This document shows, in pieces, positions 1 to 7,236 of a DNA stretch of 32,000 nucleotides. The stretch covers positions 510,001 to 542,000 of the forward strand of contig NZ_CP019384.1 of the NCBI RefSeq assembly GCF_004102945.1. Direction: 5' to 3'. This DNA comes from Candidatus Velamenicoccus archaeovorus. Its GTDB lineage: Bacteria > Omnitrophota > Gorgyraeia > Velamenicoccales > Velamenicoccaceae. The position numbers and the translations under genes are program-made. The notes beneath the pieces were generated by a model. That model did not search any database and was not told the origin of the DNA. It worked only from the letters and a program-made list of their open reading frames with translations. Numbering within the stretch: the stretch's first letter is position 1; each line of letters starts with the position of its first letter.

Positions 1-119
1 TATTCCGGAACACGGAACGCCTGCGTATCCGAACTTCGTCACCCTCAATCAATAATCATGAAAGGCGGCGGCGCGCCAAGAACGGCGTGCCGCCGGCCAT
101 CCTTCAAAGAGGTGCCGTT

Positions 120-458
120 ATGAAAAAAATAGAAGCAGTGATCCGCGCAGAGAAACTGGACGATGTCATGGAGGCTTTGAAAAGCGCAGGCGCGCCAGGA
201 TTGATGGTGACGCGTATCGAAGGGCATGGCCGCCAGAAAGGTCTCACGGAGCAATTCCGTGGCAGGGAATTTAAGGTGGATTTGTTGCCGAAGATCAAGG
301 TCGAGACGGTCGTGCGCGATGCGGATGCGGCCAGATTCGTGGACATCATCGCCAGGGCGGCCAAGACGGGTGAGATAGGCGACGGCAAGATCTTCGTTTC
401 CGCCGTGGCCGACGTGATGAGGATCCGTACCAAAGAAATGGGGGATGGCGCCGTCTGA
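120..458 (+). CDS. glnB: Nitrogen regulatory protein P-II
   Basis: 112-aa product MKKIEAVIRAEKLDDV... with P-II hallmarks (GHGRQKG T-loop region, TGEIGDGKIFV). The ATG at 120 gives the canonical length; the ORF-track start at 87 adds 11 non-homologous residues. Confidence 0.9.
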   Translation: MKKIEAVIRAEKLDDVMEALKSAGAPGLMVTRIEGHGRQKGLTEQFRGREFKVDLLPKIKVETVVRDADAARFVDIIARAAKTGEIGDGKIFVSAVADVMRIRTKEMGDGAV

Positions 459-475
459 AATCCGACGAAAGACCA

Positions 476-667
476 TTGACGCCTGCGGCCATGCAAAATC
501 CGGAGCTGATACGCAAGATGAGGCTGTTAAAAGCCCAAAAGGAGTATACGCTTTACGATCTGTCGCGCATTCTGGATGTCCAGGTGGCAACTATCGAGCG
601 TTGGTTCAGGACGGGCCGGATCAATAAAATTTATGCCAGACTGGTGCAGGAGAAGTTGAGCCTTTGA
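476..667 (+). CDS. Small helix-turn-helix protein (hypothetical)
   Basis: 58-63 aa ORF between glnB and amtB. The segment YTLYDLSRILDVQVATIERWFRTG looks like an HTH. No convincing SD before either TTG 476 or ATG 491, so coding status is uncertain. Confidence 0.4.
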   Translation: MTPAAMQNPELIRKMRLLKAQKEYTLYDLSRILDVQVATIERWFRTGRINKIYARLVQEKLSL

Positions 668-786
668 TGGTTTAGGGCGATAGCCGGAGGCGCTTAAAGG
701 CGTCCCAAAAACAGGAAGGAGGTATTATTTTATTTTGTATTTGTTCAATTGATTACGCATGGTACTTCAAGATAGCGGGAAGTCTA

Positions 787-805
787 ATCCCGTCAAAGGC
801 GGGAT
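787..805 (+). promoter_or_regulatory. SD-proximal hairpin in the amtB leader, homologous to the leader hairpins at 7235-7259 and 26122-26144
   Basis: atcccgtc-aaa-ggcgggat gives an 8-bp stem including one G-T pair and a 3-nt loop. It is followed by ggaaagg and ATG 818. The flanking sequence tcaagata...gggaagtctaat aligns with tcaagataca...tggagttaat of element A2. Confidence 0.5.
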
Positions 806-817
806 GGAAAGGTCCAT

Positions 818-2044
818 ATGAATGCAGGTGATACAGCGTGGGTCTTGATGTCGTCGGCGCTTGTGATGCTGATGACGCCGGGTCTTGCTTTTTTTTACGG
901 AGGCATGGTCCGCAGGAAGAATATTTTGAGTATCCTGATGCAGTGTTTTATTATCTTGTGCGTCATGAGTCTCCAGTGGGTTTTGTTCGGTTACAGCCTT
1001 GCGTTTGCTCCAGGCAACTGGTTTATCGGCGGTCTGCAGTGGCTGGGCTTGAACGGCGTCGGCCAGGAACCGTTTGTGGAGTATGCAGCCACTATCCCGC
1101 ATATGGCGTTTATGATTTTTCAGGCGATGTTTGCCATCATCACTCCGGCGTTGATCATCGGCGCATTTGCCGAACGCATGAAGTTTTCAGCCTTCGTCGT
1201 ATTTACGCTCTTGTGGGCGACGCTCGTGTATGACCCGGTTTGCCACTGGGTCTGGGGTGTCGGCGGCTGGATTCGCAATCTTGGGGCGCTGGATTTTGCC
1301 GGCGGGACGGTCGTCCACATCAACGCCGGCATCGCGGCGCTGGTGACGGCTCTCGTCATCGGCCGCAGGAGATGTTTGGATAAGAACGTTCCTTCTCCGC
1401 ACAACCTCCCGTTTGTGGTTTTAGGAACGGCCCTTTTATGGTTCGGCTGGTTTGGGTTTAACGCAGGCAGCGCGTTGGGAGCCAACGGACTGGCGGCCAA
1501 TGCTTTTGTCGTGACCAATACTGCGGCGGCAGCTGCCGGTTTGAGCTGGGCCCTGATCGAATGGTTCCGTGTCGGCAAGCCGACCATGTTCGGCGTGGCG
1601 TCGGGCGCCGTGGCGGGCCTGGTGGCCATCACGCCTGCGGCCGGTTTTGTCGGCGTTGTCCCGGCCGTCATCATCGGGCTTATGGTCAGTGTTTTCTGCT
1701 ATCTGGCCGCAGCCATCATCAAGCCGAAGATGGGATATGACGACGCCCTCGACGCTTTCGGCGTCCACTGCGTCGGCGGTATCTGGGGCGCCCTGGCGAC
1801 GGGATTGTTTGCGTCCAAGGCCGTTAATGCCGCGGGCGCGGACGGTTTATTTTTCGGCGGATCAGGGTTGTTCCTCAAACAGTTGCTGGCGGTGGGCGCG
1901 ACTCTCGCCTATGCCGTTATGGTTACTTTCATCCTCTATAAGATCGTTGACGCCCTGCTGGGGATACGGATCGAGGAGAGGGAAGAAGAGATAGGCCTGG
2001 ATCTGTCGCAGCACCATGAACGGGCTTATACGATGATAGAATAA
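818..2044 (+). CDS. amtB: Ammonium transporter (Amt family)
   Basis: 408-aa polytopic membrane protein with Amt-type sequence (AFFYGGMVR, DFAGGTVVHINAG, GVHCVGGIWG). Flanked by two P-II genes. Confidence 0.95.
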   Translation: MNAGDTAWVLMSSALVMLMTPGLAFFYGGMVRRKNILSILMQCFIILCVMSLQWVLFGYSLAFAPGNWFIGGLQWLGLNGVGQEPFVEYAATIPHMAFMIFQAMFAIITPALIIGAFAERMKFSAFVVFTLLWATLVYDPVCHWVWGVGGWIRNLGALDFAGGTVVHINAGIAALVTALVIGRRRCLDKNVPSPHNLPFVVLGTALLWFGWFGFNAGSALGANGLAANAFVVTNTAAAAAGLSWALIEWFRVGKPTMFGVASGAVAGLVAITPAAGFVGVVPAVIIGLMVSVFCYLAAAIIKPKMGYDDALDAFGVHCVGGIWGALATGLFASKAVNAAGADGLFFGGSGLFLKQLLAVGATLAYAVMVTFILYKIVDALLGIRIEEREEEIGLDLSQHHERAYTMIE

Positions 2045-2083
2045 TCAAGGCATAGATGGTTTAAAGGAAAGAGAGGTTGTATC

Positions 2084-2425
2084 ATGAGGTTAATCATTGC
2101 CATCATTCAGCCGGCCCGGTTTGAGGCCGTGCGGGATGAGTTGTATAAGGCCGAAGTGAACCTCATCACGGTCTCCGAGGTCCTGGGTCACGGCCGCCAG
2201 AAGGGCGTGACGGAGGTTTACCGCGGAGCCAAAGAGATGGGGAACCTCCTGCGCAAGGTGCGCCTGGAGATTGCCGTCAACGAGAACTTCGTGGAACCGA
2301 CCATCCAGGCCATTATCAAAGGCGCCAAGACGGGCCAGACAGGCGACGGCAAGATCTTCGTCTTGGACATGGAAGAATGTGTGCGCATCCGCACGGAGGA
2401 ACGGGGTCCCGTAGCCATCGGCTGA
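2084..2425 (+). CDS. glnK: Nitrogen regulatory protein P-II (GlnK-type, amtB-linked)
   Basis: 113 aa, MRLIIAIIQPARFEAV...GHGRQKG...TGQTGDGKIFV. SD aaggaaagagagg upstream. Lies immediately downstream of amtB. Confidence 0.9.
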   Translation: MRLIIAIIQPARFEAVRDELYKAEVNLITVSEVLGHGRQKGVTEVYRGAKEMGNLLRKVRLEIAVNENFVEPTIQAIIKGAKTGQTGDGKIFVLDMEECVRIRTEERGPVAIG

Positions 2426-2447
2426 CAGGCTGCCCATAAGTGCTCAG

Positions 2448-2487
2448 AGCCAGGCGTTGTCCCTGATGGGATAGCGCCTGGCTTTTT
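2448..2487 (+). terminator. Rho-independent terminator after glnK
   Basis: agccaggcg (2448-2456) pairs with cgcctggc(t) (2475-2483) and is followed by a T-run at 2483-2487. Confidence 0.6.
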
Positions 2488-2496
2488 ATCGAAACC

Positions 2497-2536
2497 TTGA
2501 CCCCGTTAGAGAATGCAATTTCTCTAACGGGGTCAA
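2497..2536. promoter_or_regulatory. Perfect 17-bp inverted repeat (candidate operator or second hairpin)
   Basis: ttgaccccgttagagaa (2497-2513), 6-nt spacer, ttctctaacggggtcaa (2520-2536). It ends 1 nt before the -35 of the promoter below. Confidence 0.5.
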
Positions 2537-2537
2537 C

Positions 2538-2566
2538 TTGAATAATGCCGATGATTGTCCTATAAT
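2538..2566 (+). promoter_or_regulatory. Sigma70-type promoter for the PCP_red-like/MFS unit
   Basis: TTGAAT (2538-2543), 17-nt spacer, TATAAT (2561-2566), about 20 nt upstream of SD aataggagg and TTG 2588. Confidence 0.45.
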
Positions 2567-2587
2567 TGGAAAAAATAGGAGGTTTCT

Positions 2588-2851
2588 TTGGCTATCGGTT
2601 GGGATAATGCCACACAGGAAAAATTCAAGGTCTTGATCGGCAAGATGCCGGTTTTCATGCGTCCTGTCGCCGAAAAGACGATCGTCCAGAAGGCAGAGGG
2701 TCTTGTCCTGCAGGACAACCGCTCCGAGATCACCGAGAAAGATATGGTGGATGCTTTCTTTGCCGAAACGCCTTTCGGTTTTCAGGGACTCATGAAGAAC
2801 GATCTCTTGTCGGTCGGCATCGACTATACGAAATATGGTTATGAGAAGTAG
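2588..2851 (+). CDS. PCP-reductase-family small protein (protochlorophyllide reductase 57 kDa C-terminal-like domain)
   Basis: 87 aa. The pattern WDNATQEKFKVLIGKMPVFMRPVAEKTIVQKAEG...ITEKDMVDAF resembles that domain family as I remember it. TTG start with a good SD (aggagg, 2577-2582). Confidence 0.55.
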   Translation: MAIGWDNATQEKFKVLIGKMPVFMRPVAEKTIVQKAEGLVLQDNRSEITEKDMVDAFFAETPFGFQGLMKNDLLSVGIDYTKYGYEK

Positions 2852-2883
2852 GATGTGAACCGTCTTTTGGGCGGGGTCAAGCC

Positions 2884-4053
2884 ATGGACAGAAAAGCCGC
2901 AATGCGTTTTATCCTGATGATGGGGTTGGTAAGCCTCTTCGGCGACATCTCCTATGAGGGGGCCCGTGCCATGACGGGGCCGTATCTGGCTTTTCTGGGC
3001 GCTTCCGCAGTCACAGTCGGTTTTGTCTCGGGACTCGGAGAGTTTTTGGGATACGGACTGCGGCTTGTTTCGGGTGTAGCCGCAGACAAAACGCGCGCCT
3101 ATTGGCCGCTTACTTTTCTGGGGTATGGCCTTATTTTGGCGATCCCGTGCTTGGCTTTTACCGGCAGCTGGCAGATAGCGGCGTTATTCATTATCCTGGA
3201 GCGCGCGGGGAAAGCCGTCCGTTCTCCGGCGAGAGATGCGCTCCTGTCTTATGCGACAAAGCAGGTAGGCAGGGGGTGGGGGTTTGCGGTCCATGAGGCC
3301 ATGGACCAGATCGGCGCGGTCGCAGGGCCGTTGATCTTTGCTGCCGTTCTCTTCTGGAAGAATAATTTCCGCCTTGGATTCGGCATCCTTTTTATTCCTA
3401 CCCTTTTGACCATTTTGTCTCTGATATTTGCCAAGTCCTATGGGCGGGCGCCCGAGGATTTCGAGACGCCCCGGGACCCGCAGCCACAGCCGGCGCAGGA
3501 AGCAAAGCTTGCGCCTGCTTATTGGCATTATGCGGCTTTCAGCTGTTTGTGCGTAGCGGGTCTCGTGAATTTCCAGATCATTTCTTATCACTGGAAAGTC
3601 CATGCCTTGCTCTTGGACGCCTGGATCCCGCTCGTCTATGCATTGACGATGGCCGTGGACGGAGTGGCGGCCCTTGCCGTCGGCAAAGCCTACGACCGCT
3701 GGGGCTTCAAGACCCTCGGATTGGTTCCTATCGTAACCCTGCTTGTGCCGTTCTTTGTCTTTTTGCCGTCATCTGCCGCTTCTACCGTTGTTGTTGCCGT
3801 CCTCTGGGGTATTGTGATGGGCATGCACGAGACCATCATGCGGGCGGCGATCGCCGATCTGACGCATATTCAGAAGAGGGGGTTCGGCTACGGATTTTTT
3901 AATACCATTTACGGCGGCGCATGGTTTCTGGGCAGCTTTACCGTAGGCGCGCTGTATGGACTAAACATACGCTTTGTGCTTTTGTTCGTCGTCGTCTTGG
4001 AGTTGGCCGCCTTTGCCGTATTTTGGAAGTTTCTCAGGCGCGCCCCAAGGTGA
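2884..4053 (+). CDS. MFS transporter
   Basis: 389 aa with about 11-12 predicted hydrophobic helices in a two-halves organisation and a charged central loop (RAPEDFETPRDPQPQPAQE). Substrate unknown. Confidence 0.75.
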   Translation: MDRKAAMRFILMMGLVSLFGDISYEGARAMTGPYLAFLGASAVTVGFVSGLGEFLGYGLRLVSGVAADKTRAYWPLTFLGYGLILAIPCLAFTGSWQIAALFIILERAGKAVRSPARDALLSYATKQVGRGWGFAVHEAMDQIGAVAGPLIFAAVLFWKNNFRLGFGILFIPTLLTILSLIFAKSYGRAPEDFETPRDPQPQPAQEAKLAPAYWHYAAFSCLCVAGLVNFQIISYHWKVHALLLDAWIPLVYALTMAVDGVAALAVGKAYDRWGFKTLGLVPIVTLLVPFFVFLPSSAASTVVVAVLWGIVMGMHETIMRAAIADLTHIQKRGFGYGFFNTIYGGAWFLGSFTVGALYGLNIRFVLLFVVVLELAAFAVFWKFLRRAPR

Positions 4054-4109
4054 TTCAGTCTCCCTCCAGGAATCCCTGCATCTTTCCGCATCAAACCTCC
4101 GGATTTTTA

Positions 4110-4127
4110 TAGTGAAAAAAATCACAA
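4110..4127. promoter_or_regulatory. Rex-box-like palindrome 1
   Basis: TAGTGAAAAAAATCACAA compared with the Rex operator consensus TTGTGAA-N4-TTCACAA. GTGA/TCAC half-sites have the correct 6-nt separation. Located just upstream of the -35 of the rex promoter. Confidence 0.5.
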
Positions 4128-4134
4128 AATGGCC

Positions 4135-4162
4135 TTGACATGGCTTAAAGGTATGTTATATT
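4135..4162 (+). promoter_or_regulatory. Sigma70-type promoter of rex
   Basis: TTGACA (4135-4140), 16-nt spacer, TATATT (4157-4162). Confidence 0.5.
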
Positions 4163-4173
4163 TATATTAGTTA

Positions 4174-4191
4174 TTGTGATTTTTTGAACAA
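4174..4191. promoter_or_regulatory. Rex-box-like palindrome 2 (weaker)
   Basis: TTGTGATTTTTTGAACAA. The left half matches the Rex consensus; the right half GAACAA deviates from TCACAA at 2 positions. Lies downstream of the -10. Confidence 0.4.
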
Positions 4192-4270
4192 TATTATTTT
4201 CTTTTCATAAGGCCCCCTGCGCAAAGGTTCTTGTTCAGGCATCCGAAGAACGCAACCATCGAGGATACTT

Positions 4271-4927
4271 GTGGTAAACAAGAAATGCATTATCCGTCTT
4301 TTAAGGTATAAAAACGCCCTCCACAGGCTGAACAGCCTGGGGTTTGTGAAGGTGTTTTCCGACAACCTGGCGGATGCGGTAGGCGTGACCGCTTCCCAGG
4401 TGCGCAAGGATTTTTCCCTTTTCGGCATCTGCGGCAATAAGCGCGGCGGATACCAGATCGAGGCCCTGCTGGGCAAGCTCAACCATATCCTCGGCAAGAA
4501 CGAACAGCAGAAAGTGGTGATTGTCGGAGGGGGAAATATCGGGGCGGCGCTGATGAAGTATAAGGGTTTTGAGAAGGAGGGCGTCAAGATCGCCGCCTGT
4601 TTTGACATCGACCCCGCGAAATACAACCACAAGGAAGGGGATATCCCTGTTTTGCCTTTGGAGCAGCTCAGGGATTTTGTGCGTCAGAACCATATCAAGA
4701 TCGGCGTGATCGCCGTGCCGGATATCGCGGCCCAACAGGTCTTGGACCTGATGCTTGCGGCCGGAATCAAGGGGGTCCTGAATTTTGCGCCGATACGCTT
4801 GAGGGCGGCCAGCGACTGTGTCATCAACAATGTGAACCTGGTTTTGGAACTGGAGACTGTCATCTATTTCATCATTAACGGGCTGGAAAAATCCATCGCC
4901 GAGATCCATGAAGAGCAGAAATCTTAA
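4271..4927 (+). CDS. rex: Redox-sensing transcriptional repressor Rex
   Basis: 218 aa. N-terminal winged helix (RLLRYKNALHRLNSLGFVKVFSDNLADAVGVTASQVRKDFSLFG) plus a Rossmann motif (VVIVGGGNIGAAL). GTG start. Confidence 0.9.
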   Translation: MVNKKCIIRLLRYKNALHRLNSLGFVKVFSDNLADAVGVTASQVRKDFSLFGICGNKRGGYQIEALLGKLNHILGKNEQQKVVIVGGGNIGAALMKYKGFEKEGVKIAACFDIDPAKYNHKEGDIPVLPLEQLRDFVRQNHIKIGVIAVPDIAAQQVLDLMLAAGIKGVLNFAPIRLRAASDCVINNVNLVLELETVIYFIINGLEKSIAEIHEEQKS

Positions 4928-6743
4928 AACCAATATCATCCTGTCTTTTTTTGCCGTCATTTCTATTTTGGTGGTGTCGGTCGCTATTTTGGGTTATTAC
5001 ATTATCAACAGAAATGTCATCCAGCGTGCGCAAAGGCAGATCAAAAACGACTTGAAGGTTGCCCGATGGGCTTACAATACGGAGATTGACAGGATCCGCC
5101 TGGCGTTCAATCTCGTGGGGCCGTCTAACGACCTCGAAAGACTCAAAGGCCAGATCGGCCTGGATTATATTTCGGTCGTCGACAAGAACGACCTGCCGGC
5201 CATCAAGAGCGAGGTTGTCCGGGCGGCGTTTGAAGGCAAGGCGCTGGCTGCGACACGCATTATCGGTCCCGAAGAGCTTAAAGAGATGGGACGGTCTTTG
5301 TATGAGAAGTCCGTTATCGAGATCAAGCCTACCGCCAAGGCGCGGCCGACGGAAATACACATCCTTGACAGCGCCATGGCTGTCGGGTATGCCAAGCCGC
5401 TCTTTGATAATGCCGGCCACGTGCGGGCCGTCATGTATGGCGGCAAGATCATCAACAGGGATGCCGAGCTGGTGGATAAGATCCGCAGTTTTGTTTTCGA
5501 AAACCAGATGTATGAAGGCCGGCCGACGGGGACGGTGACGATCTTTTTGGATGATGTCAGGATCGCGACAAATGTCCTGGATAAGAACGGCGAGCGAGCT
5601 ATCGGCACTAGGGTTTCCGCTACCGTCTATAAAAAGGTGGTCGAGGAAGGCCGAACATTTTTAGACCGCGCCTTTGTTGTTACCGATTGGTATCTCACGG
5701 CTTATGAGCCTATCCGTAATATCGAAGGCAAGGTGATCGGCATCCTTTATGTCGGCATCTTGGAGAAGCCTTTTGTGGACATGCGCCGCAATGTTTTTCT
5801 GGTATTTTTTGGCATCGTGGTTCTCGCGTCTTTATTAGCCGTCATTCTGGGTCTCGTTTTGGCCCAGGGCATGGCGCGGCCTCTCACCAGGCTCCTGGAG
5901 GCCGCAGGCCGGTTTTCTAAAGGGGACCTTTCCCACAGGATCGGGATGTTCAACAGCCGCGTGCGCGAGATCGATGTCCTGGCCGAGGCCTTCAACGACA
6001 TGGCGGCAAAGATCGATGAGCGCGAAAAGAGGCTCGAGGCGCTTAATAAAGAACTGGAGGCACTGAACAAGAGCTATCTGGATCTCGTCGGCTTTGTGTC
6101 GCATGAGCTCAAGGGTATCCTTTCGTCGACGATCATGAATGCCTACACGGTCCGGGACGGGTTTTTGGGGATGGTGAACTTCAAGCAGCGCAAGGCCCTG
6201 GATTCGATTGCGCGCAATCTCGATTATCTGGAGGCGACCGTCAAAAATTTCCTGAATTTAAGCCGTTTGGAGAAAGGCGAGCTCGCCGTCAGCAAATCCG
6301 AAGTCTTGTTAAAGGAAAACATCGTTGATCCTTCCCTGGAGGCGTTCGGCCGGCAGGCGACGGACAAAGAGATGCAGGTGGTCAACGATACCGCCGCAGG
6401 TTTGAAAGTGATGGCGGACGTGGATCTTTTGCAGATCGTCGTCAACAATCTGATCGGAAACGCCGTCAAGTACGGCCAGCGGGGCGGTATCTTGCGCGTG
6501 AGCGCCGAGATCCGCAATGGCACAGCGCATGTTGAGGTCTATAATGACGGCAAACCCCTTGCGCAGGACGAGATAGATAAACTTTTCCGCAGGTTCTCGC
6601 GGTTGAAATCCGAGGAGACGCGTAACGTCCAGGGGACAGGTCTGGGATTGTTTGTCAGTAAGGAGATTATCGAAAAACATGGCGGTTGGATATGGGTAGA
6701 GGCCAGGCCGAAAGGGAATGCGTTTGTGTTTGAGATCAAATAA
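4908..6743 (+). CDS. Sensor histidine kinase with an extracytoplasmic Cache-like domain and HAMP
   Basis: 611 aa. TM1 (IILSFFAVISILVVSVAILGYYII), an outside domain of about 270 aa, TM2, HAMP, a coiled coil, the H-box FVSHELKG, and HATPase motifs (GNAVKYG, GTGLGL). The start overlaps the rex 3' end by 20 nt. Confidence 0.9.
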   Translation: MKSRNLKTNIILSFFAVISILVVSVAILGYYIINRNVIQRAQRQIKNDLKVARWAYNTEIDRIRLAFNLVGPSNDLERLKGQIGLDYISVVDKNDLPAIKSEVVRAAFEGKALAATRIIGPEELKEMGRSLYEKSVIEIKPTAKARPTEIHILDSAMAVGYAKPLFDNAGHVRAVMYGGKIINRDAELVDKIRSFVFENQMYEGRPTGTVTIFLDDVRIATNVLDKNGERAIGTRVSATVYKKVVEEGRTFLDRAFVVTDWYLTAYEPIRNIEGKVIGILYVGILEKPFVDMRRNVFLVFFGIVVLASLLAVILGLVLAQGMARPLTRLLEAAGRFSKGDLSHRIGMFNSRVREIDVLAEAFNDMAAKIDEREKRLEALNKELEALNKSYLDLVGFVSHELKGILSSTIMNAYTVRDGFLGMVNFKQRKALDSIARNLDYLEATVKNFLNLSRLEKGELAVSKSEVLLKENIVDPSLEAFGRQATDKEMQVVNDTAAGLKVMADVDLLQIVVNNLIGNAVKYGQRGGILRVSAEIRNGTAHVEVYNDGKPLAQDEIDKLFRRFSRLKSEETRNVQGTGLGLFVSKEIIEKHGGWIWVEARPKGNAFVFEIK

Positions 6744-6857
6744 GGGCATAAGTATTCATCTCTTGCTCAAACGTCCGCCACTGGTTCTTCGGCGCCTGCC
6801 TGCCGGTAGGCAGGGACGCCCGCCGATGCAGTGGTGGCGGGGGCTTGTAAATTTTCC

Positions 6858-6898
6858 CAAGGTTCGGCCGATAGGGCCAGGTGCAGAAAAATACCTTG
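6858..6898 (+). repeat. Partial leader-element copy (A0) containing the ccgatagggccaggtg motif
   Basis: caaggt (6858-6863) pairs with accttg (6893-6898) around tcggccgatagggccaggtgcagaaaaat. The sequence resembles the 3' part of A1 (7010-7050). Confidence 0.4.
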
Positions 6899-6917
6899 AT
6901 AGAGACAAACATATATT

Positions 6918-7057
6918 GACTCCTCGCGTAAACATCTTGTCAATATCTGTCTGCGACCAGTCCTCGCAGAGCTCAGGCGGGTTCCGCAGGAAGCGGAATA
7001 CTGGTCTTTCCGATAGGGCCAGGTGCATCCAGATATTTCCAAGATACGCAAGGAGTT
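6918..7057 (+). repeat. Rod-like hairpin element A1 of the structured leader (long form with a two-hairpin insert)
   Basis: The 5' arm actcct/gcgta/tcttgtcaatatctgtctgc pairs with the 3' arm gcatccagatatttccaaga/tacgc/aggagt. Conserved apical sequence gaccagtcctcgcagagctcaggcgg (6955-6980). Insert at 6982-7024. Confidence 0.6.
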
Positions 7058-7070
7058 AACCCAGAAAGGG

Positions 7071-7121
7071 TAGACCTCCGCATTCCACATAACGGAGGGT
7101 CTAATTCCGCCAGAGGCGGAA
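7071..7121 (+). repeat. Two inter-element hairpins of leader A
   Basis: tagacctccg (7071-7080) pairs with cggagggtcta (7093-7103). ttccgcc-aga-ggcggaa (7105-7121) forms a 7-bp stem. Confidence 0.55.
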
Positions 7122-7140
7122 GATTAAAGGAAAGTAACGT

Positions 7141-7236
7141 GACTCCCCGTGTAAGCATCTTGACAATTTATGTCTGCGACCAGCCTTCGCAGAGCTCAGG
7201 CGGGCAGCCATAAATTCTCAAGATACACGTGGAGTT
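7141..7236 (+). repeat. Rod-like hairpin element A2 of the structured leader (short form)
   Basis: 7142-7153 pairs with 7224-7235 (11/12), then a bulge agca, then 7158-7177 pairs with 7204-7223 (18/20). 26-nt apical sequence gaccagccttcgcagagctcaggcgg (7178-7203). Confidence 0.65.

Noticed and set aside
45-590. 181-aa minus-strand ORF over glnB. Similar long antisense ORFs occur at 4301-4960, 10466-11332, 12095-12772, 13488-14258, 15257-15958, 19851-20723, 22218-22925 and 26832-27434.
   Set aside because: All lie antisense to, or out of frame with, confidently identified genes. They have Arg/Pro/Gly-rich, low-complexity translations typical of non-coding frames in GC-rich DNA, and no recognisable domains.
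668-817. Sigma-54 (TGGCAC-N5-TTGC) promoter or a glutamine riboswitch in the nitrogen-gene leaders (also 1-119)
   Set aside because: No GG/GC pair at the required 12-nt offset was found. The GGAAG-type segments do not fit the glnA-RNA consensus as I remember it.
759-821. 20-codon uORF (MVLQDSGKSNPVKGGMERSI) ending in ATATGA, overlapping the amtB start
   Set aside because: No SD at usable distance (the aggaaggagg at 713-722 is 37 nt away). The region is better explained by the conserved leader hairpin. It is kept only as a remote possibility.
6845-6862. Rex-box-like sequence TTGTAAATTTTCCCAAGG upstream of the hydrogenase operon
   Set aside because: Only the left half resembles the Rex consensus, and the right half does not give TTCACAA at the correct spacing.
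6718-7158. ORF-track ORFs inside the hyd leader (6718-7059 +, 6756-7028 -, 6767-7090 -, 6973-7158 -) and the similar 25854-26084 (-) ORF. They share peptide fragments such as PPELCE.WSQ and TLSGLTP.
   Set aside because: The shared peptides simply reflect the repeated DNA. The copies are read in different frames and are interrupted. None has an SD. Substitutions between copies preserve base-pairing rather than codons.
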